Below, in pieces: positions 47,995-58,334 of a DNA stretch of 64,000 nucleotides. The DNA is from Dehalococcoidia bacterium (lineage in GTDB: Bacteria; Chloroflexota; Dehalococcoidia; Lucifugimonadales; UBA3495): the NCBI GenBank assembly GCA_965216425.1, contig CBDCFV010000004.1:121144-185143 (forward strand), given 5' to 3'. Both the position numbers and the translations under genes were made by a program. Position 1 is the first letter of the stretch; every line of letters starts with the position of its first letter. Under the pieces are notes generated by a model, which had not been told where the DNA came from, ran no database searches, and saw only the letters and a list, made by a program, of their open reading frames with translations.

Positions 47995-48267
47995 CAAGTG
48001 CAGGTTCTGCAGGCCGTGGATATAGCAATACTGGTTCACCACGGCCAGCGGATCGAATCGAGGCCGCATCTCGCGGCGGCCGGATAGTTGGATGGTCGGG
48101 CAAGAGGGCGGTCAAGCGCCGGCGGATTTTTTGGCCTCACCCTGGCCCTCTCCCTCAAGGGAGAGGGAGAATTAGAAGGGTTTGGAACGCTGCCGCCCTT
48201 GATGGCGTTGCGTGGGCCGGTTTGAGATAATCCTCCGGTGGGGCAAGGACTATCGAGAGGAAAGAGC

Positions 48268-48498
48268 GTGAGGACTGCGAACATCACCATCAAGGTGGAC
48301 GAGTCGGCGGCGAGGGCTTTTGTCGAGGCTTCTCCCCACGAACAGCAGAAACTGCAGATTCTGCTCAGCCTTCGACTTCAGGAACTGACGACTACTGAAG
48401 GCAAGTCGTTGCAGGCAGTCATGGATGTGATCGGCAGTGCGGCGGAGGCTCGGGGACTGACGCCGGAGATTCTGGAGACACTCTTGCGCGACGAGTAA
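48268..48498 (+). CDS. Putative antitoxin
   Basis: GTG start after GAGAGGAAAGAG. Small acidic protein. Its stop overlaps the following PIN remnant. Confidence 0.4.
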   Translation: MRTANITIKVDESAARAFVEASPHEQQKLQILLSLRLQELTTTEGKSLQAVMDVIGSAAEARGLTPEILETLLRDE

Positions 48499-48508
48499 TG
48501 TTCGGGCG

Positions 48509-48987
48509 GTGCTGGATACCAACGTCGAGATCAGCGCAGCGTTGTTGCCGCAGTCCCGCCACGGCGGGCGTTCGACCAAGTCCTAGAGCACGGCACATCG
48601 CTCATCTCTCGTGCCACGCTGGCGGAGCTGAACGAAGTCCTCCGACGACCCCGGTTCGACAGGTACCTGAGAGAGGAGGAGCGCCTGGAATTCCAGGCGT
48701 CAGTGGTGAGGGAATCGGATCTGGTGGAAGTGACCTCTGTTGTGTCAGTGTGCCGCGATCCCAAGGGCGACGAGTTCTTGGAATTGACTTTGAGTGGCGA
48801 CTACGACCTTCTGTCGTTGCATCCGTTTCGCGGTATTGCCATCCTCTCTCCGCAGGACTTTGTTACCGAACGTGAAAGCCCCGTGTATCCTGCATCCGAT
48901 GGCGGCTCCCTTGTAGTCGCTTTGGCTATTTGGCCCAATGTACGGGCGGCAGTGGTGACACTGCCGCCTTTCTCTTTGGTGGCCTAG
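48509..48987 (+). pseudogene. PIN_3-type toxin, frameshifted
   Basis: VLDTNVEISAALLPQ, then in another frame ISRATLAELNEVLRRPRFDRY...VCRDPKGDEFLELTL...GIAILSPQDFV. The segment normally between ELTL and LL appears deleted. Confidence 0.55.
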
Positions 48988-49283
48988 TCCTCTCCCATGG
49001 ACGCGATGCGCTCCGCGATCTGGTCGGGGGTTAGGTCTTCGATGTGGGTGGAGATGGACCACTGGTTGCCGTGGGGGTCGGTGATACGGGCGAGGCGGTC
49101 GCTGTAGAAATGGTCGGCGGGCTCGGCTATGGAGGTGGCTCCGGCGGCTATTGCCTGGGCGTAGACGGCGTCGCAGTCGGGGACGTAGAGGTGGATGAGG
49201 CTGCTGGTGGGCGGGTACTCGGGCGGCAGGGCGCCGTCGATCTCGACCTCGGCGTGGCCGATGCCGCCCTGGGGCATGGGCAT
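48984..49283 (-). pseudogene. VOC-family protein, N-terminally truncated
   Basis: GGIGHAEVEIDG...YSDRLARITDPHGNQWSISTH is the C-terminal half of a glyoxalase-fold protein. Confidence 0.5.
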
Positions 49284-49351
49284 TCGGACGCGTGTGTGAA
49301 GTAGGGCTGGTGCCGGCCTCAGCTCATCTTGCCTATACGAGTCTGTCGGCG

Positions 49352-50050
49352 CTAATGTGCCGAGGTGTCGATCAGCGATATGAGACGGTTGGTGACAGCC
49401 TGCATGTGTTCTGGGTGGGTTTCGCCGGCTGGGGTCAGGTGGCGTTGGGTCGTATCTATGGAGCGTACGCGGTGTAGGAGGACTGAAGCTACTTGCTGGC
49501 TGTCCCGGATGATCATGGGTACTGCGACCGGTGAACTGGGAGCTCTCTCTGCGTACTCGATGTCCGCCGCCACTGCCATGTTGTTTCCGGCGTTGTAGTC
49601 TATGACCAGGATCGGGCTGGCGAGGTCCTGGCCCCGGGTGTCTTCGAGATGGAGATCCCAGATGGTTCCTGCGGAGATTTGGAACGTGCCCTGAATCGTT
49701 TCTATCTGCCCTGGGGCGTGTTGGTGCGCCAGTCTCTGGGCGATGGACAGGATTACGGAGTTCATTTCATCCGGTGATGCCCTGGCGATGAGATCTCCCA
49801 ACAGTCCTTGGTGAACAGACTTGATTTGTCTGGTGGACGCCCAAGAGTCAGCTTCCTCGATACGGATGTGGTGCATGCGAAACCTGACGTCGGGCATGGC
49901 CGTGGACATCGGCACGGTTATGCAGAGTTCGAGTTGCCGGTTGATCAGGTCGTTGCTGATGACGAGGGCTGGCCGGTTGTCCGAAAGTTCGGCCCCGATA
50001 ACGGGGCCGTAGTCGTACCAGTGGACGTTTCCTCTGAGTGCACCGGGCAT
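49352..50050 (-). CDS. Tandem double MazF/PemK-like toxin-fold protein
   Basis: Domain 1: RGNVHWYDYGPVIGAELSDNRPALVISND...TVPMST...TRQIKSV. Domain 2: AGTIWDLHLEDTRGQDLASPILVIDYN...AVPMII...HRVRSID. Confidence 0.65.
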   Translation of the reverse strand: MPGALRGNVHWYDYGPVIGAELSDNRPALVISNDLINRQLELCITVPMSTAMPDVRFRMHHIRIEEADSWASTRQIKSVHQGLLGDLIARASPDEMNSVILSIAQRLAHQHAPGQIETIQGTFQISAGTIWDLHLEDTRGQDLASPILVIDYNAGNNMAVAADIEYAERAPSSPVAVPMIIRDSQQVASVLLHRVRSIDTTQRHLTPAGETHPEHMQAVTNRLISLIDTSAH

Positions 50051-50064
50051 GGGTCTGTCCTTGG

Positions 50065-50625
50065 TCAGGTGAAGTTGGCGAAGCGCAGGTCCGTCTCCCG
50101 TTCCTCCGGAGTCTGCTTGAAGTCGGCAAAGTCGGGTTTTGGCATTGTCCGGCTCTGGTGGAGCAGGTGGGCTCCTTGAGACACGTCGTGGATTTCCAAC
50201 CAGGCGCAGCAGGCCACCACCATGCGGTCGGGCAGGTCGGTTTCGTCCAGCAGTTTAAGCAGGCGGGTACAGCCTATTTCCATGAACCACTGCTTGGCGA
50301 TTGTGTCGGGGGAGGCTCCCTCCGGGGCGCCTTGGGCGACAAGGTCTCTGATTTGTGCTCTCGCAGGGGCGTCTAGGAGCTTTTCAAAGACTGCGTTGAC
50401 CTGTCTCAGATGATCGGTTGTGAAGTCCCACGGGGAGGATTCGAGCAGCGCAAGACGGTCGTCCGGGTCTACTTGGAGCAGAGCGTTTATGCGCTCCCTT
50501 GAGTCTTCCGTGGCGCATTTCCGCGCTTCCGGGTTGCCCGGTGCCGCGCGGAAATATTCGGCCCCGGGGAGGGCGTCAATTGGACTCGGCTGGGCTTGTG
50601 ACGTCGTCATTGTGTGTCCTGGCAT
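50065..50625 (-). CDS. Hypothetical 186-aa protein upstream of the double MazF (candidate antitoxin)
   Basis: Ends 14 nt before the MazF ATG, with AAGGA in between. No MazE/AbrB motif recognised. Confidence 0.45.
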   Translation of the reverse strand: MPGHTMTTSQAQPSPIDALPGAEYFRAAPGNPEARKCATEDSRERINALLQVDPDDRLALLESSPWDFTTDHLRQVNAVFEKLLDAPARAQIRDLVAQGAPEGASPDTIAKQWFMEIGCTRLLKLLDETDLPDRMVVACCAWLEIHDVSQGAHLLHQSRTMPKPDFADFKQTPEERETDLRFANFT

Positions 50626-51080
50626 GTTGCACTTTCTTGGGGTACTTCATTTTATCGTTGTGTTCCTTTGGTTGCCACCTCCGGTCTCCGTCCATATCTC
50701 AGGGTGCCGGAGGTTCTGGGTAGCTACGCCAATTCTCGGATGTCGCTATGGTGCCACGTTTTTCGGGCCCTTGGTGCCTTTCTGATGGTTCTGAGGCTAC
50801 CGTCATCCTCCACAACCGGTGGTGATGGTGCGCGTTGCGCTGCGAGTGTCAGGCATGTGGGATTGCTCCTAGCAGGCATGGTCGTCATCTAGGTGGAGGT
50901 GTTTTGAACCCGCTGAATGGTGGGGAACCCGGCGGCTTGGGCGGCGAGCTGTACCATCTCCTGCCACCTGGCTTGGTGGGCCCGGCTCAGGATGCCGGCC
51001 TTCTCGTGGCAGAAGGAGCAGGTCCCGGCGGCTGATTTCAGGAGGTTGGAGAAGGGCATGGGTGTTACCGTGGATAGTGT

Positions 51081-52954
51081 TCAGATCTGGTGGATGTCCG
51101 ATAGCAGGTTCAGCTGGTCGACAATTCTGACTGTCTTAACGCTTACAGTACAGACTCGCTGCAGCAGGTCGATTACCTGCTCTTTGTAGTCGGCGAAGCG
51201 GTAGGTGTTGAAACGGTCGCGGACCGTGGGGTCTCGGGGCGTTTTCTCTTTGTACTGGTCCAGGACCCACTCCAGGGCGGAGCGGCTCCCCAGCCGGTAC
51301 TCCCATGCCTCCTCGGGCACACCGGTCAGCATCGTCTTGCCGTCTAGGATGATGGCACCGCGGGTTTTGTCGGCCTTTAGAGCCGCCTTACCCGGGTCAC
51401 CGTCCTTTTCCACCCGCTCCAGTGCGAACGGCTCGGCGGACTCAAACCCGATGTGCAGGTCCAGCAGCCGTTGGCCCATCTCGGCCCAGTGGAGGAAATC
51501 GGGGTACAGGGGTAGGCGGGGGAACTCCTGCAGCAGGTCCACGGCGTAGTCGTGGCGGTACACGGGGTCGTGAAGCACGGCGTAGGTGTAGGCGAAAATC
51601 TGCTCGGCGGTGATGCCGTCGTCGCCGGCGATGCGGGGGTAGTCATCGCCCCACTCGGCGCGGTATCGGTCGTTGATTCGGCGGATGGCCCAATCGGTGA
51701 TGTTGCTGACGCGCTGGCCGTTCTCGCTGTACCGGTAGCGGGGGAGGCATTGGGTATCACCCGTGAAGTGGTAGTCCACCAGCTTATCGGACGCTAACAC
51801 GTAGAAGTCCTTGCCATTTACGCAGAAACAAATCACCTTGTTGGCCCATGCCGTCTCATGCGGGAACAACTCCGGCATTTGGTATCGTCGGTGAGTGATA
51901 ATTGGCGCGTAATAGCAGTGCTTGGCAACGAAGGGCCTGAATGAAGCCTCGATCGTATTGCGAGATTCAAACAGGATACCGTTCCCCTTTACCAAGTGGT
52001 CTTCCAACTCGCTGGTCCATTTGATTGTTCTATCGACCCAATCCCGTATTGAACCTCTATCCGGCTTTTCAATGGCATACCGCTTCATTTCCCTCTGGTA
52101 TGCCTCGCAAAAAGCCATCACCTTGCTAGTCAGAACATTGATGTCGGAATCGTAAACCCATTCGTCCCGAGCGGTCAGGATCCCCAATGAATATAGCCCG
52201 AATATAGCCCGTTCTTCATCCACAGACTTGGCCAGCTTGGTCTGTCTGTCTGCCAAGAGCATCAATCGTTCGAAGTTGCTATTGGACTGGTTGAGCCAGT
52301 GATTTTTGACGTCGGGCGTGATGCTCTCGAACGGGATGTTTTCCAGACCGGTTTCCTTCAGATAAGCCTGCTTGTCCTTTGCGACCTCGGCATCCTCCCT
52401 GTTGGCGTAGTGGATGTTGCACTCCCCCAGCCTGGACTTTTCCCTCACAAAGAATGCTACGGCAACGCCCGTCTGTACCCCGAAGACGTTATGGGTGGTT
52501 CCCGAAATCTTCGGGTTGCGCCGAACGTCCGATCCCAGGTCCATGACGTAAATGTCGGTGAACTCGCTGAACGCCACCTGCCGGAACCCGTCGTCCTGAC
52601 GAGCTTCCAAGTAGGCGCGGTTGGTGATGAAGGCGATGATCCCGTCGTCCGCCAGACGGTCCGAAGCCCAGCGGATGAACCGCTTGTACATGTCGTACTG
52701 CTTGGTCTTCTGGGCGGTGCTGCTGGCGATGTAGGTCTCCCGGATTCGCCGGTCTATCTCAGGGTACTCTCGGTTCTTGTTGTTGTCGTTTTCGTTCTGC
52801 TGGTTGGCATTGTAGGGCGGGTTGCCGATGATGACGCTGATGGGCTTCTCGTTCTGCTCCTGGATGCGGATCCAGTTCTCCTCTGAGAGGCCGCCGAGGT
52901 TGAAGGCGCCCTGGCGCGTGACCGCACCGCCGGTGGCTCCCTGCTGCTGCCAGT
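51081..52954 (-). pseudogene. C-terminal 625 codons of an N6-adenine methyltransferase with a type-ISP-like C-terminal domain
   Basis: VIIGNPPYNANQQ (motif IV). EQIFAYTYAVLHDPVYRHDYAVDLLQEFPRLPLYPDF resembles the type ISP C-terminal specificity domain. The 5' part is cut off by IS630-C at 52955. Confidence 0.8.
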
Positions 52955-53153
52955 CTAGTAGTCCAACATCTTTGAAATGAGTACTGACCAAGTGTATTCT
53001 ACCAAGCATAGGGAGAAGATGATTGGGACGTGTGAGGAGGGGATGGCGATGAAGAGATACCGGGTCAAGCTGAGTGCGGAGGAGCGGCAGGAATTGAAGA
53101 CATTGGTGTCCCGTGGCCGGGTGGCGGCTTACAAGCAGACCCACGGGCGCATC

Positions 53154-53176
53154 CCCCGTTTTCACGAGGGCAGGCT
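53154..53176 (+). repeat. 23-nt GC-hairpin micro-insertion, instance 1
   Basis: CCCCGTTTTCACGAGGGCAGGCT lies between codons ATC and CTG of the transposase. Confidence 0.75.
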
Positions 53177-53520
53177 CTGTTGCTTAGCGATGAAGCGCGG
53201 AAAGACGGAGGCCTGACGGACGAAGAGGTTGCCCGGTCCCTCGAGATCGCCAGCGCCACAGTGGAACGGATACGCCGCCGTTGCGTGGAGGAAGGGATCG
53301 AAGCGGCCTTGGGGCGTAAGGAGCAACAACGCCGCCGGCCAAAGAAACTGGATGGCGCTGCGGAAGCCCACTTGATTGCGCTGGCCTGCGGGGAACCGCC
53401 ACAGGGCCGGGTAAGTTGGACGCTGAGATTATTGGCGGACCGGCTGGTGGAGTGCGAGATAATGGAGAGCATCCACCCAGAGACGGTGCGCAAGACGCTG
53501 AAAAAAAACGAACTCAAGCC

Positions 53521-53543
53521 CCCGTTCTGCAACGGGGCAGGCT
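53521..53543 (+). repeat. 23-nt GC-hairpin micro-insertion, instance 2
   Basis: CCCGTTCTGCAACGGGGCAGGCT, with the stem CCCCGTT/AACGGGG. Starts 12 nt after the A8 run. Confidence 0.75.
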
Positions 53544-54239
53544 TTGGCTGAAAGAGTGTTGGTGCATCCCGCCGGAAGGCAGTTCGGACTTTGTGTGTGC
53601 CATGGAAGACGTGCTGGAGGTCTACCAGCGTCAATTCGGGGACAATGAGGTGCTGGTGTGCCTGGACGAAACCAGCAAACAGCAGGTGAAGGAAACGCGA
53701 CTGCCGCGCCCGCTCCGCCCCGGATCGGCAGTCGCGTATGATTACGAATACGAGCGCAACGGGGTGAGCAACCTGTTCATGCTGTTTGCGCCGCTGGAAG
53801 GGTGGCGGCGGGTCGGAGTGACGGACCGGCGGACGAAAGTGGACTGGGCGCACCAAGTGAAGAAGTTGGTGGACGAGGACTACCCGGACAAGGACCGGAT
53901 TGTGCTGGTGATGGACAACCTGAACACCCATCATCCGGCCTCATTATACGAGGCGTTCGAGCCTATGGAAGCGCGGCGTATCGCCGAACGTCTGGAGATT
54001 CACTACACCCCCAAGCATGGGAGTTGGCTGGACATGGCTGAAATTGAAATCGGAGTGCTGGCCCGGCAGTGCTTGGACCGCCGGATTCCTGATCAAGAGG
54101 TGCTGCGCCGGGAAGTTGACGCCTGGCAGAACCAGCGCAACCGGGACATGGTGCGAGTGGACTGGCGCTTCACCACCGATGACGCGCGCATCAAGCTGAA
54201 ATCCCTTTACCCAGCAATTCAAAATAGCTGAACTACTAG

Positions 54240-54500
54240 AGGCAATGCGCCGGTTGCGCCAAAGCTCCGGACCACCGGAATCAATAAGACTCGGGACAGT
54301 AGCCCCCGAGCAGCAAAGGTAAGCCCAAAGGAACGTGGCATACCCACTCGCCAAGTCCAACCGCACGGCTCCGCCAGGACTCCACTCTCATTGATGTATG
54401 CGGCCGCCGCCTTCTGACTCCCTGATCACCCCGTCCACATCGACTTTCTCAACAAGACCATCCCACCACCCTTGAGAGAGGTCGGCCAAGAATGCGTAGT
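54240..54500 (-). pseudogene. Possible decayed upstream part of the methyltransferase (motif I region)
   Basis: RLDLASGYATFL is loosely like a motif I. Several frame breaks and no start codon. Confidence 0.25.
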
Positions 54501-54623
54501 ATTGTTCTATCTTTTGGGAATGTGGGCATAAACCTGCTATGGCTAGGCCCCTACTCGGAGAATTGTTTCTTCACTGAGAGGCGCATCTGTCATTTGAGGG
54601 CCGCATCCCCAATGAGCGCGGAT

Positions 54624-57212
54624 TCAGTCCTTATTGTACTCAGTCCTGCATTTTCTAAGCTTATCCCAATCACTCTCAAGGTCGGATACCTTTGGTGGCG
54701 CGCCAAGGGTTGGTAGTGGCTGCGAATGAGCATCTATGTATCTGCAGGCATCTTCAAAGACCGATATAACGGTCGCTATTGTCTGTCCTAGTTTGGAGAT
54801 CTTGATTCTGTTTAATGCCGTAATGCGGACGTTGGGCTGGTATCGTTCTGTTACCTGAGCCAAGACATCATGCTCTACGAAGACCTCGCACCAAGAACGG
54901 ATCAAGGCATAGCCCTCGCGTATGTGGTTAGCCCGCTCCTCACCTGCAGACTTTCTTGCCTTGTCGATCGCGGAACTGACTCGCGTATTCAATGCGGTGA
55001 TGGTATCCCATCGAACCCCGGTGGCAGGGGTAACAGTTCCTTTTCCATTGTCGTCCGTGACCCAATAGAAGGCATAGTGCTCCGGATTCTCAAAGAGAGC
55101 CAAAAGGTTAGTCACGAGTAAAATGTGATGAGTGAACACTACTACCTGATGATCCGAGGCCAAGTCGGCGATGCGCTTGGCTACATCACTTATGCGACGG
55201 TGATCAAGGCTGGAAACAGGGTCATCAAAGATCACTGGAACCGAGTTATCGCTCATTCTGGTCTCGGCGATAAAGTCTGCGATTGCGAGAACTTTTTGCT
55301 CGCCCTCGGAAAGCACTTTCGAAGGGCTATGACCTCCTGCCAACGTTTTCTTCCGTTGGGATTGGCCTAATCTGCCGAAGAATTCCAACTCCAGCTCGGG
55401 TGCCCGTAGTTCCGCACACTCGTTTCGGAATATCTCCTCGAAATTCTCGTTGATCAACTGTTCGCTTGCCTTGTTAGAAAGAACAGTGATATTCCTGCGA
55501 ATGTTCGAAATCGCCTCCCTTTCAGCTCTAAGTTTGTCCTGGCGGCTGGCTACGGCAACGATTTTCTCGACTTCTCCCCACGATTTACTTAGCTCCAGTC
55601 TGGCCTTGAGCTCGAGCAACTCATTCTCTTTCTCCGCCTGAGACTTCTCTTGGTCGGAGTTCTGGGCTCGCAATACTTCAAGTGTATCCTTGACTTCCGA
55701 AAGCCACAGCCCAACTTTTGCTCCGATCTCGGAAATCCTGGGTAGGATGGTCTCGTTGAGCGTAACTTTGTCTGTGAATTGCTTGCGCAGGGTTCCTTCC
55801 AGACTCACCAAGTTGCGAAGTGTTTCCATTTGATCGGTCGGAGCCGGGATCCCGTTGTCCGTTTCTGCGTCCGCGGGTTCGCAAAAAGCCTGGACCGCTG
55901 TAAGCGAACTGTCCTGCACAGGGTTTAGTAGAATCTGGATCGTTGATTCCTGTGCCTCTATGTCTCTGGCTATGTGGCTTTCTAAGTATTCCCTGTACTT
56001 GACGATCAGTTCAAGGGCTTCTGTGCCAAGTAGTTGCCTGCAATAAAGACAACGTGTGTCGTCATGTGCTCCAAGATTCTCCAAATGCCTTCTATATTCC
56101 TGGCCGGAACGAATGAACTCTTCCCACGTCTGTTCCGGTTCAGCGGGAAGGTTAGCAGCGGCGAAGAGACTTTCACGCAGAGCTGTTTGGTCGCTGTGCA
56201 GTTCGGATAGTCTGGTTAACGCGGCATTGTAATCTTGGAGATTGAAGTTCCCCACAACCGATGTGTAACCAAGAGCTCCTGTTAGAACATTCTGGAATCT
56301 GGATTTGAGAGATACTTGCTGTCCAACCACGTCAGCGCGAAGTGCTGCGATAGTGCTTTCCAACTCTTTTGCTTGCTCAGCCGCGTTATCTGGTAAGCCC
56401 GATAACTTCTGCAACTCCTGCAAGTCTGTTGCCGGACCGAGCGATTCGATGTAAGGGTAGATGGAAGAACTACTGTCAAAGCGGCTGAGTAAGGATGAGC
56501 TGTCAGAGTTCAGTGTCTGACGCTCTATTTCGATGCGCTCCGCGATGTTTTGTGCTTCGAGATTAACACGGTCGAAAAAAGCAAGGGAAGCTGGCCTGTA
56601 TGTGTATCGCAAGTCAGAATCGACGTGCAAATTGGCCGAAGGGTTATCGAAAATCGACATTAGAGTAAATGGTGGCTGAGCCTGTTCCCCGTTCCACTTG
56701 ATGGAGAGATCGGTCCCACCCAAACAGTAGTCGATATCCGCGGAAAGTGGTGGCGGATCACCTTCGAGATTAACATCGGGAAGAATGTCTTCTGCACTGC
56801 GACTCCCTGCCATCCTTTTGAGGATACGGGTGTATCCGGTCTTTCCCGCCCCGTTTTCCCCGAACAGAAGAGTTAACCCGTGACCGAAATCGATATGCTC
56901 GCCCTCTACAAGGGCATTCACTCCCCTTACATTCGATATACGAGTCAAGTAGAGCGGATCAGGTTGGCTCAAAGGCTGCGCGGGATTGACTATCGGAGAT
57001 TCAACCGGAAGAGTACGTTCGTCAAACGCCTTTTCCTGCAGGAACAACTGGTATATCAGTGCTCGCTCACTCTCAGAGAGCTGGCTACTGGAACCAAGGA
57101 CTTGTCGCACGATTCGACGAATCCACTCATCGCTTTTGTTCGCCCATTGAGCTAGAGAGCTTCTCGGATCTTCGTTGAGGGTCTGATCGTCTGGTTCCGT
57201 TATTCCATTCAA
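54624..57212 (-). CDS. RloC/PrrC-like AAA_13 ATPase (candidate anticodon nuclease)
   Basis: 862 aa. LLFGENGAGKTGYTRIL (Walker A). A long coiled-coil insert with CLYCRQ (CxxC hook-like). VIFDDPVSSLDHRR (Walker B/D-loop). C-terminal LIRSWCE (R-x3-E) plus His residues. Confidence 0.7.
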   Translation of the reverse strand: MNGITEPDDQTLNEDPRSSLAQWANKSDEWIRRIVRQVLGSSSQLSESERALIYQLFLQEKAFDERTLPVESPIVNPAQPLSQPDPLYLTRISNVRGVNALVEGEHIDFGHGLTLLFGENGAGKTGYTRILKRMAGSRSAEDILPDVNLEGDPPPLSADIDYCLGGTDLSIKWNGEQAQPPFTLMSIFDNPSANLHVDSDLRYTYRPASLAFFDRVNLEAQNIAERIEIERQTLNSDSSSLLSRFDSSSSIYPYIESLGPATDLQELQKLSGLPDNAAEQAKELESTIAALRADVVGQQVSLKSRFQNVLTGALGYTSVVGNFNLQDYNAALTRLSELHSDQTALRESLFAAANLPAEPEQTWEEFIRSGQEYRRHLENLGAHDDTRCLYCRQLLGTEALELIVKYREYLESHIARDIEAQESTIQILLNPVQDSSLTAVQAFCEPADAETDNGIPAPTDQMETLRNLVSLEGTLRKQFTDKVTLNETILPRISEIGAKVGLWLSEVKDTLEVLRAQNSDQEKSQAEKENELLELKARLELSKSWGEVEKIVAVASRQDKLRAEREAISNIRRNITVLSNKASEQLINENFEEIFRNECAELRAPELELEFFGRLGQSQRKKTLAGGHSPSKVLSEGEQKVLAIADFIAETRMSDNSVPVIFDDPVSSLDHRRISDVAKRIADLASDHQVVVFTHHILLVTNLLALFENPEHYAFYWVTDDNGKGTVTPATGVRWDTITALNTRVSSAIDKARKSAGEERANHIREGYALIRSWCEVFVEHDVLAQVTERYQPNVRITALNRIKISKLGQTIATVISVFEDACRYIDAHSQPLPTLGAPPKVSDLESDWDKLRKCRTEYNKD

Positions 57213-57778
57213 AGCGGGTTACTCCTAACCGACTCAATCGGGGACGCACGGCGGTTTCGGACGTTCAAGGCGTCGCTTACAATTGAATTGAGGTTCGTGT
57301 TTGCAGCTTCTGGCTGTCCTGTATATGGTCCCGCTATGAGGACTTGTAGGCGGTCCTGGTCATGGAAAGTCACTACCACTCGTCCTCGGTTAACAGGCGG
57401 CCGCCGCCGCCCAGGACCTCTCTCGAGACGGCAAACTTTGGGCCTGTTCGACCGGTTTCCAGTAGAAATTGCTATCTTAGCCCGCACCCATCGAACGAGT
57501 GGGTGTAAGAGGCCTCCTGAAAGGACGAAAAAATACTCCTCCGAATCTGGGGTGATGGTTTCGAAACACGAACCCAACCCTAGTAGTCCAACATCTTTGA
57601 AATGAGTACTGACCAAGTGTATTCTACCAAGCATAGGGCGAAGATGATTGGGACGTGTGAGGAGGGGATGGCGATGAAGAGATACCGGGTCAAGCTGAGT
57701 GCGGAGGAGCGGCAGGAATTGAGGACATTGGTGTCCCGTGGCCGGGCGGCGGCTTACAAGCAGACCCACGGGCGCATC

Positions 57779-57801
57779 CCCCGTTTTCACGGGGGCAGGC
57801 T
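57779..57801 (+). repeat. 23-nt GC-hairpin micro-insertion, instance 3
   Basis: CCCCGTTTTCACGGGGGCAGGCT at the position orthologous to instance 1. Confidence 0.75.
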
Positions 57802-58144
57802 CTGCTGCTGAGTGATGAGGCCCATGGGGACGGGGCCATGAAGGATGAAGACATTGCCCGGGTTCTCCAGATTGGCCGTGCGACGGTGGAACTGGTGCGC
57901 CGGCGCTGCGTGGAGGAAGGGATTGAGGCGGCACTGGGACGAAAGCGGCAGGTTAACCGGCGTCCGAAGCGGCTGGACGGTCAAGGGGAAGCCCGCCTGA
58001 TTGCCTTGGCCTGCGGAGAACCGCCGGAGGGCCGGGCCGGTTGGACGCTGAAGTTGTTGGCCGACCGGCTGGTCGAATGCGAGATAGTGGCGAGCATCAG
58101 CACTGAAACAGTGCGCCAGACGCTCAAAAAAACGAACTCAAGCC

Positions 58145-58167
58145 CCCGTTCTGCAACGGGGCAGGCT
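58145..58167 (+). repeat. 23-nt GC-hairpin micro-insertion, instance 4
   Basis: CCCGTTCTGCAACGGGGCAGGCT at the position orthologous to instance 2. Confidence 0.75.
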
Positions 58168-58309
58168 CTGGCTGAAAGAGTGTTGGTGCATCCCACCGCA
58201 GGAAAGCGCGGAGTTCGTCTGTGCGATGGAAGACGTGCTGGAAGTCTATCAGCGCCGGTATGGGGACAACGAAGTTCTGGTCTGTCTGGACGAGACCAGC
58301 AAGCAACAG

Positions 58310-58334
58310 AGCCTGCCCTCGGCCACGACCGGGG
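58310..58334 (-). repeat. 25-nt GC-hairpin micro-insertion, instance 5 (inverted)
   Basis: The reverse complement is CCCCGGTCGTGGCCGAGGGCAGGCT. Lies between ..SKQQ and VKETR... Absent from copy 1. Confidence 0.65.

Larger units (their letters stand above)
53043..54231 (+). pseudogene. IS630-C transposase, split into three frames by two 23-nt inserts
   Basis: Frames at 52977, 53180 and 53416 have residues 0, 2 and 1 mod 3, and each step equals +23 nt. Removing 53154-53176 and 53521-53543 gives one 1143-nt ORF (..KQTHGRI-LLLSDEA.. and ..LKKNELKP-WLKECWCIPP..). Confidence 0.8.
52955..54239 (+). mobile_element. IS630-family element (type C), copy 1
   Basis: Ends CTAGTAGTCCAACATCTTTGAAAT versus the reverse complement CTAGTAGTTCAGCTATTTTGAATT. 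CTAG at both borders. Confidence 0.9.

Noticed and set aside
48146-48167. 9-bp GC hairpin CCCTCTCCC tcaa GGGAGAGGG as an intrinsic terminator
   Set aside because: No U-tract follows and no gene ends just upstream. It is more likely a REP-like palindrome.
50889-51059. 56-aa ORF (MPFSNLLKSAAGTCSFCHEKAG...) just downstream of the methyltransferase
   Set aside because: It has no Shine-Dalgarno sequence and is too short to judge. It may be a truncated N-terminus of a lost gene, so it was not annotated.
51081-53165. 694-aa ORF taken as one gene
   Set aside because: Its first roughly 70 codons are antisense read-through into IS630-C, which begins at 52955. Only 51081..52954 is methyltransferase sequence.
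57209-57934. 241-aa ORF taken as one gene
   Set aside because: The part above 57580 is antisense IS630-C sequence. The real gene resumes at 58888 after the IS.
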